The notes under the pieces were generated by a model. The model saw only the letters and a program-made list of their open reading frames with translations. It had not been told where the DNA came from and did not search any database. This document shows, in pieces, positions 8,315 through 18,545 of a stretch of DNA of 64,000 nucleotides; positions within the stretch are counted from its first letter, which is position 1; the number at the start of each line of letters is the position of its first letter. The translations under genes and the position numbers were made by a program. The stretch spans positions 1,038 through 65,037 of the forward strand of contig CANQAG010000001.1 in assembly GCA_947588815.1 (NCBI GenBank), in the 5' to 3' direction. The stretch comes from an uncultured Bacilli bacterium. Lineage in GTDB: Bacteria; Bacillota_I; Bacilli_A; RFN20; CAG-449.

Positions 8315-10278
8315 CGGGAGTTTGACAGTTTGAAGTAAAAAAACAAAGGAAAAAGAGAAGAGTTTATACTACGTATAAAACTTCTTTTTATTTTTGTCAA
8401 ATTTATGTTATTTTTTAGTAGCCATTTATAGTACTATTATGTTATAATATTATTAGGTGATTTTTATGAAAATTAACATTGTTCCTTTAAAAGACGATAA
8501 ACTTATTTATCTTGCTAAATCCGTTCGTAAAAACGGTAAAGTTAAAACTGTCAATATTCAAAAAATCGGTAAGCTGTCAGAATTGTCTAAAATCTATGAT
8601 GATCCGATTTTATATTGTAAAAATTTAGCCAAAGAATATACCGAAAAAGAGAATCAAGATTCTTTAGAATTAATTGTTAAAATCAAGCAAAAAGAAAAAT
8701 TAGAATTATATAAGAAAAATTCCTTTAATGCCGGTTATTTGTTTTTGCAAAAGATATATTATCAATTAAAACTAGATAAAACATGCAGTAAGATCGCGGA
8801 TCAATCTCATATTCACTATGACCTTAATAAAATTTTGAGAGATTTAATCTTTTCCCGTATTTTGTTTCCATCTAGTAAGCTTTCTACTTATGAAATATCA
8901 AAGAACTTTTTAGAACAACCCGATTATGAACTCCACGATCTTTATCGTGCTTTGGATATTTTAAGTGATAATATTAATTTTATTCAAAAAGAAACATACA
9001 AGCATTCTTCTTCGGTCTGTAACAGAAATACCAATATTCTTTATTACGATTGTACTAATTATTTTTTTGAAATCGAAAGTGAAGATGGATTTAGAAATTA
9101 TGGCATTTCAAAAGAGCATCGTCCCAATCCTTTGGTACAAATGGGTTTATTTATGGATGGCAATGGCATTCCTTTGGCATTTAATATTAACCCAGGCAAT
9201 ACTAACGAACAAGTTACTCCACTTGAAACCGAAAAGATGATTGAAAAAGAATTCGGATTATCGAAATTTATTTATTGTTCGGATGCCGGATTAGGTTCTT
9301 ATAACATCAAATGGTTTAATCAATTGAAAGATCGTTCTTTTATCGTCACTCAATCTTTAAAGAAACTAAAAAAACATCTTGTCGATTGGGCATTAGATGA
9401 TCATGGTTGGAATGATGGTAAGCATATAGAAACAATTACCGATGATGAAATTATCTATAAATCTCGACCAATCAATGAAAGTGGTTTAATTGAAATCGAG
9501 GGCATTAAATATCTTGAGACCATTAATCAAAGATTGATTGTTACTTATTCTCCTATATACGCCTCTTATCAAAAATCAATTCGAGAAGAACAGATTGAAC
9601 GGGCTAAGAAATTATTGAAATGTCCTTCTCGATATAATAAACATACTTCTACTGACTTTAAACGATTTATTAAAAATATTACTTTCGATAAAAATGGTGA
9701 AGTAATTAATCAAAACTTAACATTAGATTACGAGCAAATCGAATTAGAATCACAATACGATGGGTTCTATGCCTTAGTTACCAATTTAGACGATAATGAT
9801 GAAGCAATTATTAAAATCAATCACAATCGTTGGAAAATTGAAGAATCATTCCGAATTATGAAAAGTGAATTTAAAGCGAGACCGGTTTTTTTACAAAAAG
9901 AGAACAGAATTAAAGCTCATTTCCTTACTTGTTATCTTGCTTTATTGATTTTTAGAATCTTAGAACAAAAAATCAATGTCTCCTCTTCTTTTTCCTCTCA
10001 TTCTATCTTAGAGATTTTAAGACATTTTGATGTACTTTTACTAAATGATATTTGTTATTTACCAACCTTTACTCGAAACGATTTAACTGATCGATTGGAA
10101 AAAATTTCATGTCTTGATTTAGCTAACAAAGGCATCTCAAACACAAATATGACAAAAATAATATCTCGTTCTAAAAAAGATAAATTTGGCTACATTTTTT
10201 AATTATATTTTATTTTTAAATCTCCTTATTTTTAGCCCTTTTTGCTTATTTATTTGTCTTTTTACTGTCAAAGATGAG
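8315..10278 (+). mobile_element. IS1634-family insertion sequence (about 1.96 kb) with imperfect terminal inverted repeats (TTTGACAGT core) and a long flanking target-site duplication
   Basis: A single 581-aa DDE transposase ORF. The ends CGGGAGTTTGACAGT... and ...ACTGTCAAAGATGAG share an inverted TTTGACAGT core. Flanked by perfect 68-bp direct repeats. IS1634-family elements are known to generate long, variable target duplications. Confidence 0.7.
8457..10202 (+). CDS. IS1634-family (IS4-superfamily) DDE transposase
   Basis: 581 aa. Architecture and motifs (e.g. HRPNPLVQMGLFMDGNGIPLAFNINPGNTNEQ, DxxD...E spacing) are typical of IS1634/ISMbov-like transposases. The probable start is the ATG at 8466 (RBS AGGTGA). 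Confidence 0.7.
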   Translation: MIFMKINIVPLKDDKLIYLAKSVRKNGKVKTVNIQKIGKLSELSKIYDDPILYCKNLAKEYTEKENQDSLELIVKIKQKEKLELYKKNSFNAGYLFLQKIYYQLKLDKTCSKIADQSHIHYDLNKILRDLIFSRILFPSSKLSTYEISKNFLEQPDYELHDLYRALDILSDNINFIQKETYKHSSSVCNRNTNILYYDCTNYFFEIESEDGFRNYGISKEHRPNPLVQMGLFMDGNGIPLAFNINPGNTNEQVTPLETEKMIEKEFGLSKFIYCSDAGLGSYNIKWFNQLKDRSFIVTQSLKKLKKHLVDWALDDHGWNDGKHIETITDDEIIYKSRPINESGLIEIEGIKYLETINQRLIVTYSPIYASYQKSIREEQIERAKKLLKCPSRYNKHTSTDFKRFIKNITFDKNGEVINQNLTLDYEQIELESQYDGFYALVTNLDDNDEAIIKINHNRWKIEESFRIMKSEFKARPVFLQKENRIKAHFLTCYLALLIFRILEQKINVSSSFSSHSILEILRHFDVLLLNDICYLPTFTRNDLTDRLEKISCLDLANKGISNTNMTKIISRSKKDKFGYIF

Positions 10279-10346
10279 ATTATATCTTAATTAATTGGAT
10301 TATGCTATTTATATTAAAAAAAACACCCCATTCATACAAAGGTGTC
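10279..10346. repeat. 68-bp direct repeat, right copy (the original tRNA-Ala downstream flank and terminator)
   Basis: Identical to 8247..8314. Abuts the 3' end of tRNA-Ala on the minus strand. Confidence 0.85.
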
Positions 10347-10364
10347 TTCTTCTTTTTTTGCGAT

Positions 10365-10440
10365 TGGTGGAGCTGACGAGGATCGAACTCGCTACCTCCT
10401 CCATGCCATGGAGGCGCTCTCCCAGGTGAGCTACAGCCCC
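10365..10440 (-). tRNA. tRNA-Ala (anticodon GGC)
   Basis: Reverse complement GGGGCTGTAGCTCACCTGGGAGAGCGCCTCCATGGCATGGAGGAGGTAGCGAGTTCGATCCTCGTCAGCTCCACCA. Anticodon loop ATGGCAT. G3:U70 present. Confidence 0.85.
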
Positions 10441-10835
10441 AACGCAAAATAAATTATATGAATATATAAATTAATAGTCAAGAATAAAATAAAATCCTAT
10501 CGATTTTAAAATAACTCAAAGCATAAAAAAATTAGCCATGTTGCGTGTTCCTTAAAATTTCAAACCAGTAGAAGGTGTATTGTTAGTGTGTTTAGTGCTT
10601 ATCTACCAGTTTAGTCGATATAATTCCCTATAACTATCAACAATTAAGCGACGATAGCAACATAGCTAATTATCTGATTGATCAAATCAGATAAGACCAT
10701 TTTAGTTTATTATGCTATTTTGTAAATAATAGCATTGTCTCTTATTTTTAAAGCTTGTCAACCGCAGCATATTTAAGCCGATTTCTTCGCATTTATTACT
10801 AAAAAAATTTAATTAAAAAATTTATAAAATAAAAA

Positions 10836-10862
10836 CGTTCTACTCGAGTTGAATAGAACGAT
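10836..10862 (-). terminator. Terminator hairpin downstream of tRNA-Pro (CGTTCTA..TAGAACG + T-run on the minus strand)
   Basis: Inverted repeat cgttctactcgagttgaatagaacg, followed on the minus strand by TTTTTATTTT. Confidence 0.5.
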
Positions 10863-10873
10863 AATGATAGAAA

Positions 10874-10952
10874 TGGTCGGGACGACGCGATTCGAACGCG
10901 CGACCTCTAGTTCCCGAAACTAGCGCACTAAACCAAACTGTGCTACGTCCCG
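10874..10952 (-). tRNA. tRNA-Pro (anticodon CGG)
   Basis: Reverse complement CGGGACGTAGCACAGTTTGGTTTAGTGCGCTAGTTTCGGGAACTAGAGGTCGCGCGTTCGAATCGCGTCGTCCCGACCA. Anticodon loop TTCGGGA. Confidence 0.8.
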
Positions 10953-10963
10953 AATATCAATTA

Positions 10964-13900
10964 TCAAAATAATGATAACTGACTATCCTCAGGAAGATCA
11001 TCTAAAGAGCCTAATTTTCTGAGGTTTTCAATATTTTGCAAGTTTAACTTCGTTCGCTTAGACAAATCCTCAATTGAAATAAACGGATTTTTCTTTCTGG
11101 CTTCAATTACGGTTTCCGCAGCTTGTTCGCCTAAGCCATCGATAACGCTAAACGGCGGTATTATTGTACCATTTTCTTTATCAACAATAAAGACTTTACT
11201 ATCTGATTTGTTAAGATTTATTTTTTCGATCTTATAGCCACGTTCCGCCATTTCTAATGCAACGTGTAAAGTTTTTTCTATGTCATCATCCTTAGGAGAA
11301 AGTTTTTCGCCGTTGTTTCGACGTTCGTCATATTCACATAATTTAGCAATTATAGCCTTTTCACCGCCTACCATGACTCCGATATCAAATTGTTTGGCAC
11401 GAGTCGAAAAATACGAAGCGTAAAATTCCAAAGGATAATATACCTTATACCACGCGATACGACAAGCCATCATCACATAAGCCACCGCGTGTGCTTTCGG
11501 GAATAGATATTTAATCTTATTGCACGATTCAATATAATAATCCGGTATTCCTTGTTCCTTTAGCATTTTTTCATCGTCCGGATTAATTTTTTTACCTTTT
11601 CTCACACTTTCCATGATTTTAAAAGCTTTAGACGGATTAATTCCATGCTGGGTCAAGTAAATCATAATATCATCACGACATCCGATAACCCCATGAATAT
11701 CACAAATCCCGTTATTGATCAAATCTTGAGCATTACCATTCCAAACGTCGGTACCATGCGATAGACCGGAGATGATAACAAGATCGGCAAAAGTTTTAGG
11801 ATTAGTCGCTTTAAGCATCTCTCTTGTTAACTTGGTTTTAAATTCCGGCACCGCTAAAACCCCGGTGGTTTCTTTTAAATAATTGGAATGACAGTTTAAT
11901 GCTTCTCTAGAAGAAAACAAAGAGATAACTCGCGGATCGGTCGCGTTGATTTCTTGGGGATTGATCCCTGTAATATCACTTAACATTTTTAATTGAGTGG
12001 GATCATCGTGTCCCAGTAGATCAAGCTTTAAAACGTTATCGTGAATCGCATGAAAATCAAAGTGGGTGGTTTGCCATGCCGCATTTTGATCATCTGCCGG
12101 ATATTGAATCGCCGTAAAATCATAAACGTCCATATCGTCGGGAATGACGATGATGCCTCCTGGATGTTGACCGGTTGTTCTTTTTACGTTTTCACATCCC
12201 TTGGCAAGATATAATTTTTGTGCTTGTGAAATAGTGCTAGGATCTATTCCTAGTGATTCATAATAGCCTAAAGCAAATCCGATCGCCGTTTTTTCGGCAA
12301 CCGTTTCTATCGTTCCGGCGCGATAAACATTTTTCTCACCTAACAAAGTCTTAGTTAACTCATGCGCTTGCGATTGATATTCACTTGAAAAGTTTAAATC
12401 GATATCCGGAACCTTTTCGGCATTAAAACCTAAAAATGTCGCAAACGGAATATTTTGTCCATCGCGTTTCATTTTTATATGGCAATGCGGACATTCTTTT
12501 TCCGGAAGATCATAACCGCTTCTAATGTCAGGATCGTCGATGAATTCCGAATGTTTACATTTCGGGCATAAATAATGCGGTGGTAACGCATTGACTTCCG
12601 TAATCGAAGCCATCGTCGCCACAAACGAAGAACCGACCGAACCACGAGACCCAACTAAGAACCCGTCTTGATTGGCTTTTTGGACAATCTTGTGTGCAAT
12701 GTAATAAATGACGGCATATCCGTGAGCGATAATTCCGCTTAACTCCGCTTCTAAACGCTCTGCGACAATCGAAGGTAAAGGATCACCATACACTTCATAA
12801 GCCTTTTTATAAACTAAGTCTTGAAGCATTTCATTGACGTTTTCAATATGTGGCGGATAAAGTTTATCTTTAATTGGATAAATCTCTTCAAAAGAATCCG
12901 CAAGAAGATTGGTGTTAGTAACCACGATCTCTTTAGCTTTCTCTTCACCTAAAAAAGCAAAGTCACTTAACATTTCATCCGTCGGTCTAAAATGTTGCGA
13001 AGGGTTTTCGACATGTTGTTTTCCACGCCTAATTAAATTCAAAGGATGAAGCGATGAATTTTTAGCCGGTTTCGCGGAAATATAGACATCGCGGAAAATT
13101 TTTTGATATGGATGTAAATAATGACAATCGCTGGTCGCTATGACCATTTTATTCAGTTCATCTGCCGCTTCTACGATATCGGTTAAAATTGTTTGTACTC
13201 TTTCTTCGCTTTCAATTTGTCCGGAATTAATTAAATACGAATAATTTTCAACCGGTTGCACTTCGATAAAATCATAAAATTTCATCTTCTCTTTGACGAT
13301 GTTTTTGCTTCGCGTAGAAGCGGTATCAAACACTTCGCCATTAAAACAAGCGCTGCCGATCAATAGATGTTCACGATATTTTTCAATTTCACTTCTAGGA
13401 ATTCTAGGACCTCCGGCATAATACTTAATGTGTGACATTGAAATGAGTTTAAAAAGATCTTTTAATCCTTGAGCGTCGCGAGCATAACAAGTGATGTGTT
13501 TAGGTCGCAAATTTTTAGCCATTTCCGGATTATACAAATCATTTAATTCACGATGGCGAAGTTTCGGATTATCCTTTGTAAGACGCCCTAACATCGCAAT
13601 CCACACATAGGTTAAAACTTCCGCATCATAGTCAGCACGGTGCGCCGATTCTTCATCATATTCGACTTCGCATTGTCTTGCCGTGGCCCCTAAATTGTGA
13701 AATTTATTTTTAGCAAAAAGATATTGTGATAAAGGCAAAGTATCGATGACCGGATTATCTAACTCTTCATAACCTAAGTTGACTAAATTTTGATTCATAA
13801 AACCAACGTCGAAGTTAGCGTTATGGGAAACGAGAATCGCATCTTTACAAAAGTCTCTGATTACATTGATCACTTTATCGATCGTCGGTTTTCCCTTTAA

Positions 13901-15259
13901 CATCATCGGTGTGATATTAGTGATTTCTGTCGTCTTTTCACTGATTTCAAAACCCGGATTAATCAACAAGTCGAGACGATCGACAACTAAACCTTCTTTG
14001 TATTTAACCGCGCCAAATTCGATGATTTTATCGTATCTTGCCGATAAGCCCGAAGTTTCTAAGTCAAAAGAAACATAAGTAGCCTTATTTAGTTCGATAT
14101 CCGAAGGATTCATAATATAGCTGAGTTTTTCATCATACATGTAAAGTTCGGAACCATAGATCATTTTAATTCCGGCCGCTTTTGCCGCTTTTTGGGCTTC
14201 CGGGAAAGCTTGAACCACGCCATGATCCGTGACGGCGATGGCCTTATGTCCCCATTTTGCGGCTTGATCGATATAATCGCTAATTGAAGTCACACCATCC
14301 ATAACCGACATTTTGGTGTGTACGTGAAATTCGACTCTTTTCTCTTTCGCCGTATCTAAGATCTCTTTTTCAAAAGGTTCATCGATGATGGCTATAGAAC
14401 GAGCCACGATTTGCAATCGTTGATTATAATCCGACAAGGAAACTCTAGCTTTAATTCTCAAGTGTTCGGCTTTTTTAATTAATTCAAGTTTTTCAGGCGT
14501 AAAGTTTCGGTTATTTTCAAATACCAAAACTTCAACTGAGTCAGTGCGGTCATAGATATATAACGTAAGCATTTTTTTACCTTTAAAGGTGGTTCTATCT
14601 TCCGCATAAAAATTCTTACCCTCAAAAGACACATAGCCACTATCGGCATCGAGGTCTTTAAGCATGATTTCTTTACAGGGACCTAACACTTTATAACGTC
14701 CGCCATCAAAAGAATCATATGAACCATAAAGGCTTGCCAATTGACGAAATTTTTCTTCGATCACCGGCAAAAATTTTTCCATCTCTTCGAATCTTTGCTT
14801 TAAAACACCATCGCCACTTCGTTCTTCGTGCTTAATTTCAAAATCGAGATTAATATCGTCCAAGAATTCTTCCCATTCTGCTAAAACCGGTGAAAAGTAA
14901 TTGTAATGAAGGGAACCGCTAAAGATAAAAGTGATGCTTTGTTTACCCCCGCTAAAAGATGGCATCTGCGCTTCACTTAAACCAGTATTGTACACAAAAT
15001 TATCTTTCAATAAATCATATACGTCTTGAACGGTATAAAAGTTTTTATGAATAAAAGAAAGATCGACTTTGTATGTCGGTAAACTTAATCCTTCAAAAAT
15101 TCTTCGATAATCAAGGTATTTCAATTTTTGATTGACATATATTTTTGCCTCTAAAATATTATTTTTCTTATCAAAAGAACATGAAAAACCGACTCCTTCA
15201 TAAGGAGTGGTATCTTCAATTTGAAGGCTTTTTAAAAATCGTTCAAATACTTTATCCAC
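10964..15259 (-). CDS. polC: DNA polymerase III alpha subunit, PolC type (Gram-positive replicative polymerase with internal 3'-5' exonuclease)
   Basis: 1431 aa. PHP domain (HVHTKMS), DEDDh exonuclease insert (FDLETSGL...HRADYDA), OB and polymerase domains in PolC order. Confidence 0.95.
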   Translation of the reverse strand: MDKVFERFLKSLQIEDTTPYEGVGFSCSFDKKNNILEAKIYVNQKLKYLDYRRIFEGLSLPTYKVDLSFIHKNFYTVQDVYDLLKDNFVYNTGLSEAQMPSFSGGKQSITFIFSGSLHYNYFSPVLAEWEEFLDDINLDFEIKHEERSGDGVLKQRFEEMEKFLPVIEEKFRQLASLYGSYDSFDGGRYKVLGPCKEIMLKDLDADSGYVSFEGKNFYAEDRTTFKGKKMLTLYIYDRTDSVEVLVFENNRNFTPEKLELIKKAEHLRIKARVSLSDYNQRLQIVARSIAIIDEPFEKEILDTAKEKRVEFHVHTKMSVMDGVTSISDYIDQAAKWGHKAIAVTDHGVVQAFPEAQKAAKAAGIKMIYGSELYMYDEKLSYIMNPSDIELNKATYVSFDLETSGLSARYDKIIEFGAVKYKEGLVVDRLDLLINPGFEISEKTTEITNITPMMLKGKPTIDKVINVIRDFCKDAILVSHNANFDVGFMNQNLVNLGYEELDNPVIDTLPLSQYLFAKNKFHNLGATARQCEVEYDEESAHRADYDAEVLTYVWIAMLGRLTKDNPKLRHRELNDLYNPEMAKNLRPKHITCYARDAQGLKDLFKLISMSHIKYYAGGPRIPRSEIEKYREHLLIGSACFNGEVFDTASTRSKNIVKEKMKFYDFIEVQPVENYSYLINSGQIESEERVQTILTDIVEAADELNKMVIATSDCHYLHPYQKIFRDVYISAKPAKNSSLHPLNLIRRGKQHVENPSQHFRPTDEMLSDFAFLGEEKAKEIVVTNTNLLADSFEEIYPIKDKLYPPHIENVNEMLQDLVYKKAYEVYGDPLPSIVAERLEAELSGIIAHGYAVIYYIAHKIVQKANQDGFLVGSRGSVGSSFVATMASITEVNALPPHYLCPKCKHSEFIDDPDIRSGYDLPEKECPHCHIKMKRDGQNIPFATFLGFNAEKVPDIDLNFSSEYQSQAHELTKTLLGEKNVYRAGTIETVAEKTAIGFALGYYESLGIDPSTISQAQKLYLAKGCENVKRTTGQHPGGIIVIPDDMDVYDFTAIQYPADDQNAAWQTTHFDFHAIHDNVLKLDLLGHDDPTQLKMLSDITGINPQEINATDPRVISLFSSREALNCHSNYLKETTGVLAVPEFKTKLTREMLKATNPKTFADLVIISGLSHGTDVWNGNAQDLINNGICDIHGVIGCRDDIMIYLTQHGINPSKAFKIMESVRKGKKINPDDEKMLKEQGIPDYYIESCNKIKYLFPKAHAVAYVMMACRIAWYKVYYPLEFYASYFSTRAKQFDIGVMVGGEKAIIAKLCEYDERRNNGEKLSPKDDDIEKTLHVALEMAERGYKIEKINLNKSDSKVFIVDKENGTIIPPFSVIDGLGEQAAETVIEARKKNPFISIEDLSKRTKLNLQNIENLRKLGSLDDLPEDSQLSLF

Positions 15260-15283
15260 CGCTATATCCTCACTACTTAAAAA

Positions 15284-16477
15284 TTATATTATGTATTTTA
15301 TGATATCTTTGAAAAGGACCACTATCATCAATCCAAATAACAAAACCATGCCGACCGTGGCTGCGATATTTTTAACTTTACTCGGCATTTCTTTTCGGGT
15401 AATACCTTCAAATGCCACCACCAATAAATGCCATCCGTCTAACCCCGGGAAAGGCAAAATATTCATCACTGCTAAGTTTACCGAAATAACGCCCCATAAC
15501 CTTAAAAAATAACCAAACCCGTCTTGAAAAGCGTTTTTGCTCGCTTCAAATATCGCAATAGGACCGCCTAGATTTTCAAATCCTTCCTTACTGAAAAGCG
15601 TTCCTAAAGCTTTAACGATGATCACCGATGATTCTCCGGTCTCTTTAAATGAAGAAGAAAGCACTTCACCAAAATTCAAAGCGCGATAGTGAAGTCCGAT
15701 TCCCGTCCCTTCAAAACTATAAGTCAAAGAATCATCTTCTCCGACAACTTTTAAATCTAAAACAATCGGTGTTTTATTATTAACGTGCAAAGTCATCTGC
15801 ACTTTATCGTTTTGTGTAAGGGGATAAAATTCGGATTTATTAACTCTATCGTCCGTCAATAAATGATTAATCGCTCGGATTAAATCGTTGCCATTATTGA
15901 TGTCGGTAGTATATTCGACAGTCTTGCCGTCGATAGTTCCTAAATAATCGAGTTTAATAATTTCATCATCTTCACGCAAGCCTTGGTTATACGCCGTTCC
16001 GTTTTCTAAAACTCTAAAGGAACGATACGATGTGTCGATTTGTTCCGTAGTGGCAAAATATCCGATAAAAAACAGAAAGGCCAAAACCATATTGAGAGTG
16101 ACGCCGGCCACCATGATAATAGCTCTTTTCCATTTGGCGATTCCCAATAACGAGCGTTCTTTAGGAAGATTTTTGATTTCTTCATCTTCTTCGTCTTGGT
16201 TTTCATCTTCGCCTTCACCCACCATAGAGACGTATCCGCCTAATGGAATCGCTCTTAAAGAATATTGTGTTTCGCCCCATTTCTTTTTTAAAAGCAAGGG
16301 ACCAAAACCAACCGAAAATTCTCGGCAGTAAACTTTGAATAATTTAGCCATCGAAAAATGACCTAATTCATGAATCGTTACCAATAGTCCTAAGCTAATG
16401 ATAAATAAGATGATGTTAATAAGAAGATCCATTACATTTCCTCCTCGATCAAGCGCCACGCTTCTTGATAAGCCCAA
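15284..16477 (-). CDS. rseP: RIP site-2 zinc metalloprotease RseP/YluC/Eep family
   Basis: 397 aa. HELGH zinc motif within a TM helix, a PDZ-like middle region, and a C-terminal LDGG-like motif (PFPGLDGWH). Confidence 0.85.
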   Translation of the reverse strand: MGLSRSVALDRGGNVMDLLINIILFIISLGLLVTIHELGHFSMAKLFKVYCREFSVGFGPLLLKKKWGETQYSLRAIPLGGYVSMVGEGEDENQDEEDEEIKNLPKERSLLGIAKWKRAIIMVAGVTLNMVLAFLFFIGYFATTEQIDTSYRSFRVLENGTAYNQGLREDDEIIKLDYLGTIDGKTVEYTTDINNGNDLIRAINHLLTDDRVNKSEFYPLTQNDKVQMTLHVNNKTPIVLDLKVVGEDDSLTYSFEGTGIGLHYRALNFGEVLSSSFKETGESSVIIVKALGTLFSKEGFENLGGPIAIFEASKNAFQDGFGYFLRLWGVISVNLAVMNILPFPGLDGWHLLVVAFEGITRKEMPSKVKNIAATVGMVLLFGLMIVVLFKDIIKYII

Positions 16478-17589
16478 GAATTGACATAAATCAAATCATC
16501 AAGGGTCGGGTTATCGATAATGCGGTGTGAATCCATCACTTTTTCAATGATCGTTTCAATACGATTAAATTTCAATTTATTAGTTCTAAATGCCAAATTG
16601 CAAGCCTCATTCGCGGCATTTAAGACGCATGGTAAGGTTCCTTTGGTTTTTAAAGCCCTTCTTGCTAAATCAAGACCCGGATACCTCTTGTTATCGAGTT
16701 TTCTAAAATGCAGAGTTTGCATCTTTTCTAAATCGAGCGATGGAAGATTGTTATGGTGATAGCTTTCGCCATATAACGCATATGAGATCGGTATCCGCAT
16801 ATCGGCGATCCCTAAATCCGCCACAAACGAATGATCGCTACATTCGATCATCGAATGAATCACCGATTCATCGTGAAGCAAGACATCGATCCGTTCTTCA
16901 GGGATTCCAAAAAGATAATGAGCTTCAATGATTTCAAAGCCTTTGTTGATCATCGTCGCCGAATCGATAGTAATTTTATCGCCCATGGACCACGAAGGAT
17001 GCTTTAAAGCGTCTTCAACCGTGACGTTTTGAAGTTCCTCGCGTGATAAATCGCGAAAACTACCACCCGAAGCCGTTAAGATTAATCTTAAAACATCGGT
17101 GTCTTTTTTCGCTTTAAGGCATTTGCTTAAAGCCACGTGTTCTGAATCGATGGGATAAAGATGACTTAAAGGATGCTCTTTCAACAGTTTATTGATCAGT
17201 TCACCACCGACCACCAAGGTTTCTTTGTTTGCCAAAGCGACATCCAAATTAAGTTCGAGAGCCTTAACTGTTGGAACAAGTCCTGCAAATCCGACTAAAG
17301 CATTGACTAAAAGATCGCACGAGGAATCCTCTAACAATTTTAATATACCCTCTTCTTGATTATAAAAAACCACCGAAGGAAATTCTTTTTTTAATATCTC
17401 TGTTCCTTCTTTGCTTTCGATGTAACAAAAACGAATACTTGGATGGGAACTTATTATTTTTCTCATTGCATCGATGTTTTTTTGACAACAGACACCAATC
17501 AGTTCAAAATCTTGCTTATTATCATCGATAAGAGAAATAGTTGAACGACCGACGCTTCCGGTCGCCCCTAATAAAACGATCTTTTTCAT
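16432..17589 (-). CDS. dxr: 1-deoxy-D-xylulose 5-phosphate reductoisomerase (MEP pathway)
   Basis: 385 aa. N-terminal NADPH-binding GATGSVG motif and Dxr middle/C-terminal domains. Conserved position between cdsA and rseP. Confidence 0.9.
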   Translation of the reverse strand: MKKIVLLGATGSVGRSTISLIDDNKQDFELIGVCCQKNIDAMRKIISSHPSIRFCYIESKEGTEILKKEFPSVVFYNQEEGILKLLEDSSCDLLVNALVGFAGLVPTVKALELNLDVALANKETLVVGGELINKLLKEHPLSHLYPIDSEHVALSKCLKAKKDTDVLRLILTASGGSFRDLSREELQNVTVEDALKHPSWSMGDKITIDSATMINKGFEIIEAHYLFGIPEERIDVLLHDESVIHSMIECSDHSFVADLGIADMRIPISYALYGESYHHNNLPSLDLEKMQTLHFRKLDNKRYPGLDLARRALKTKGTLPCVLNAANEACNLAFRTNKLKFNRIETIIEKVMDSHRIIDNPTLDDLIYVNSWAYQEAWRLIEEEM

Positions 17590-18545
17590 TATGATATAAA
17601 CGGAAAGTTAATGATCGTCAAGAGCACTAAAGTTACTGCTAAGCAAGTGACAATAACTGAGTCAAAACGATCTAATACACCGCCATGTCCCGGTAATAAA
17701 TTTCCAAAATCTTTGATGTCAAAATGACGTTTTATCGCTGAAAACATGAAATCGCCCAATACTGAAATTACCGCGGTAATCAACGACACCAATAAAACCC
17801 AATACCAATGTTCGATATCTAAATATCCTTTAAGTATCGGTGTATTCAACGAATCACATATTAGGGCAAATGAAAAACTTAAAATAGTCGATATACCTAT
17901 GCCACCGACAAATCCTTCCCAGGTCTTTTTAGGTGAAATACGTGGATTTATTTTATGTTTGCCTAAAAGAATACCGGTAATATAGCCTCCCGCATCGCAT
18001 AGAAGGGCGCCACCGACCACGTAAATGAATAACAAACACGATAAAAACTGATTTGAGTAATTAAAATGTGTCAAAGCAACCGGACAATAACGGAGGAAGT
18101 AAATCGATTGAATTCCCACCCCGATTAATAATGACATCGTCGAAACATAACAGACTTCATTTATACCAAAATCCTCATACATTAACGATAATAGGAAAAG
18201 TCCTCCGATAAGAACCGCAAAACCCATCGTCGAAACACGCATATCATTCATCAAGAACATATTGTCTTTGACTGAAGCAATTTCGGTATTTTTCACAAAA
18301 ATCCAATAGATGAAAGACAAAGTCATCACCATCGAGAATATCTTTACGACAATATTGATTTTAGGATCCCGCGGTGCGTTCAAAAATTCAATAATTGCCA
18401 AAACCGCAGCGACGAGCACGAAAATAAAGAAAAACCAATCGCCAAAGATAATTGCCGGAACACCTATTAACAATAAAGCGAGTGCCGTAGTTATCCTAAC
18501 TGAAAAAGATTTTTTAGTATCTTCGGTAATCTCATTTACTTTCAT
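17589..18545 (-). CDS. cdsA: Phosphatidate cytidylyltransferase
   Basis: 318 aa polytopic membrane protein with the CTP-transferase signature near the C-terminus (GHGGVLDRFDS). Confidence 0.85.
   Translation of the reverse strand: MKVNEITEDTKKSFSVRITTALALLLIGVPAIIFGDWFFFIFVLVAAVLAIIEFLNAPRDPKINIVVKIFSMVMTLSFIYWIFVKNTEIASVKDNMFLMNDMRVSTMGFAVLIGGLFLLSLMYEDFGINEVCYVSTMSLLIGVGIQSIYFLRYCPVALTHFNYSNQFLSCLLFIYVVGGALLCDAGGYITGILLGKHKINPRISPKKTWEGFVGGIGISTILSFSFALICDSLNTPILKGYLDIEHWYWVLLVSLITAVISVLGDFMFSAIKRHFDIKDFGNLLPGHGGVLDRFDSVIVTCLAVTLVLLTIINFPFIS

Noticed and set aside
8965-9240. 91-aa ORF inside the IS transposase gene in another frame
   Set aside because: It is nested within the 581-aa transposase ORF and has no RBS. 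It is a typical AT-rich spurious frame.
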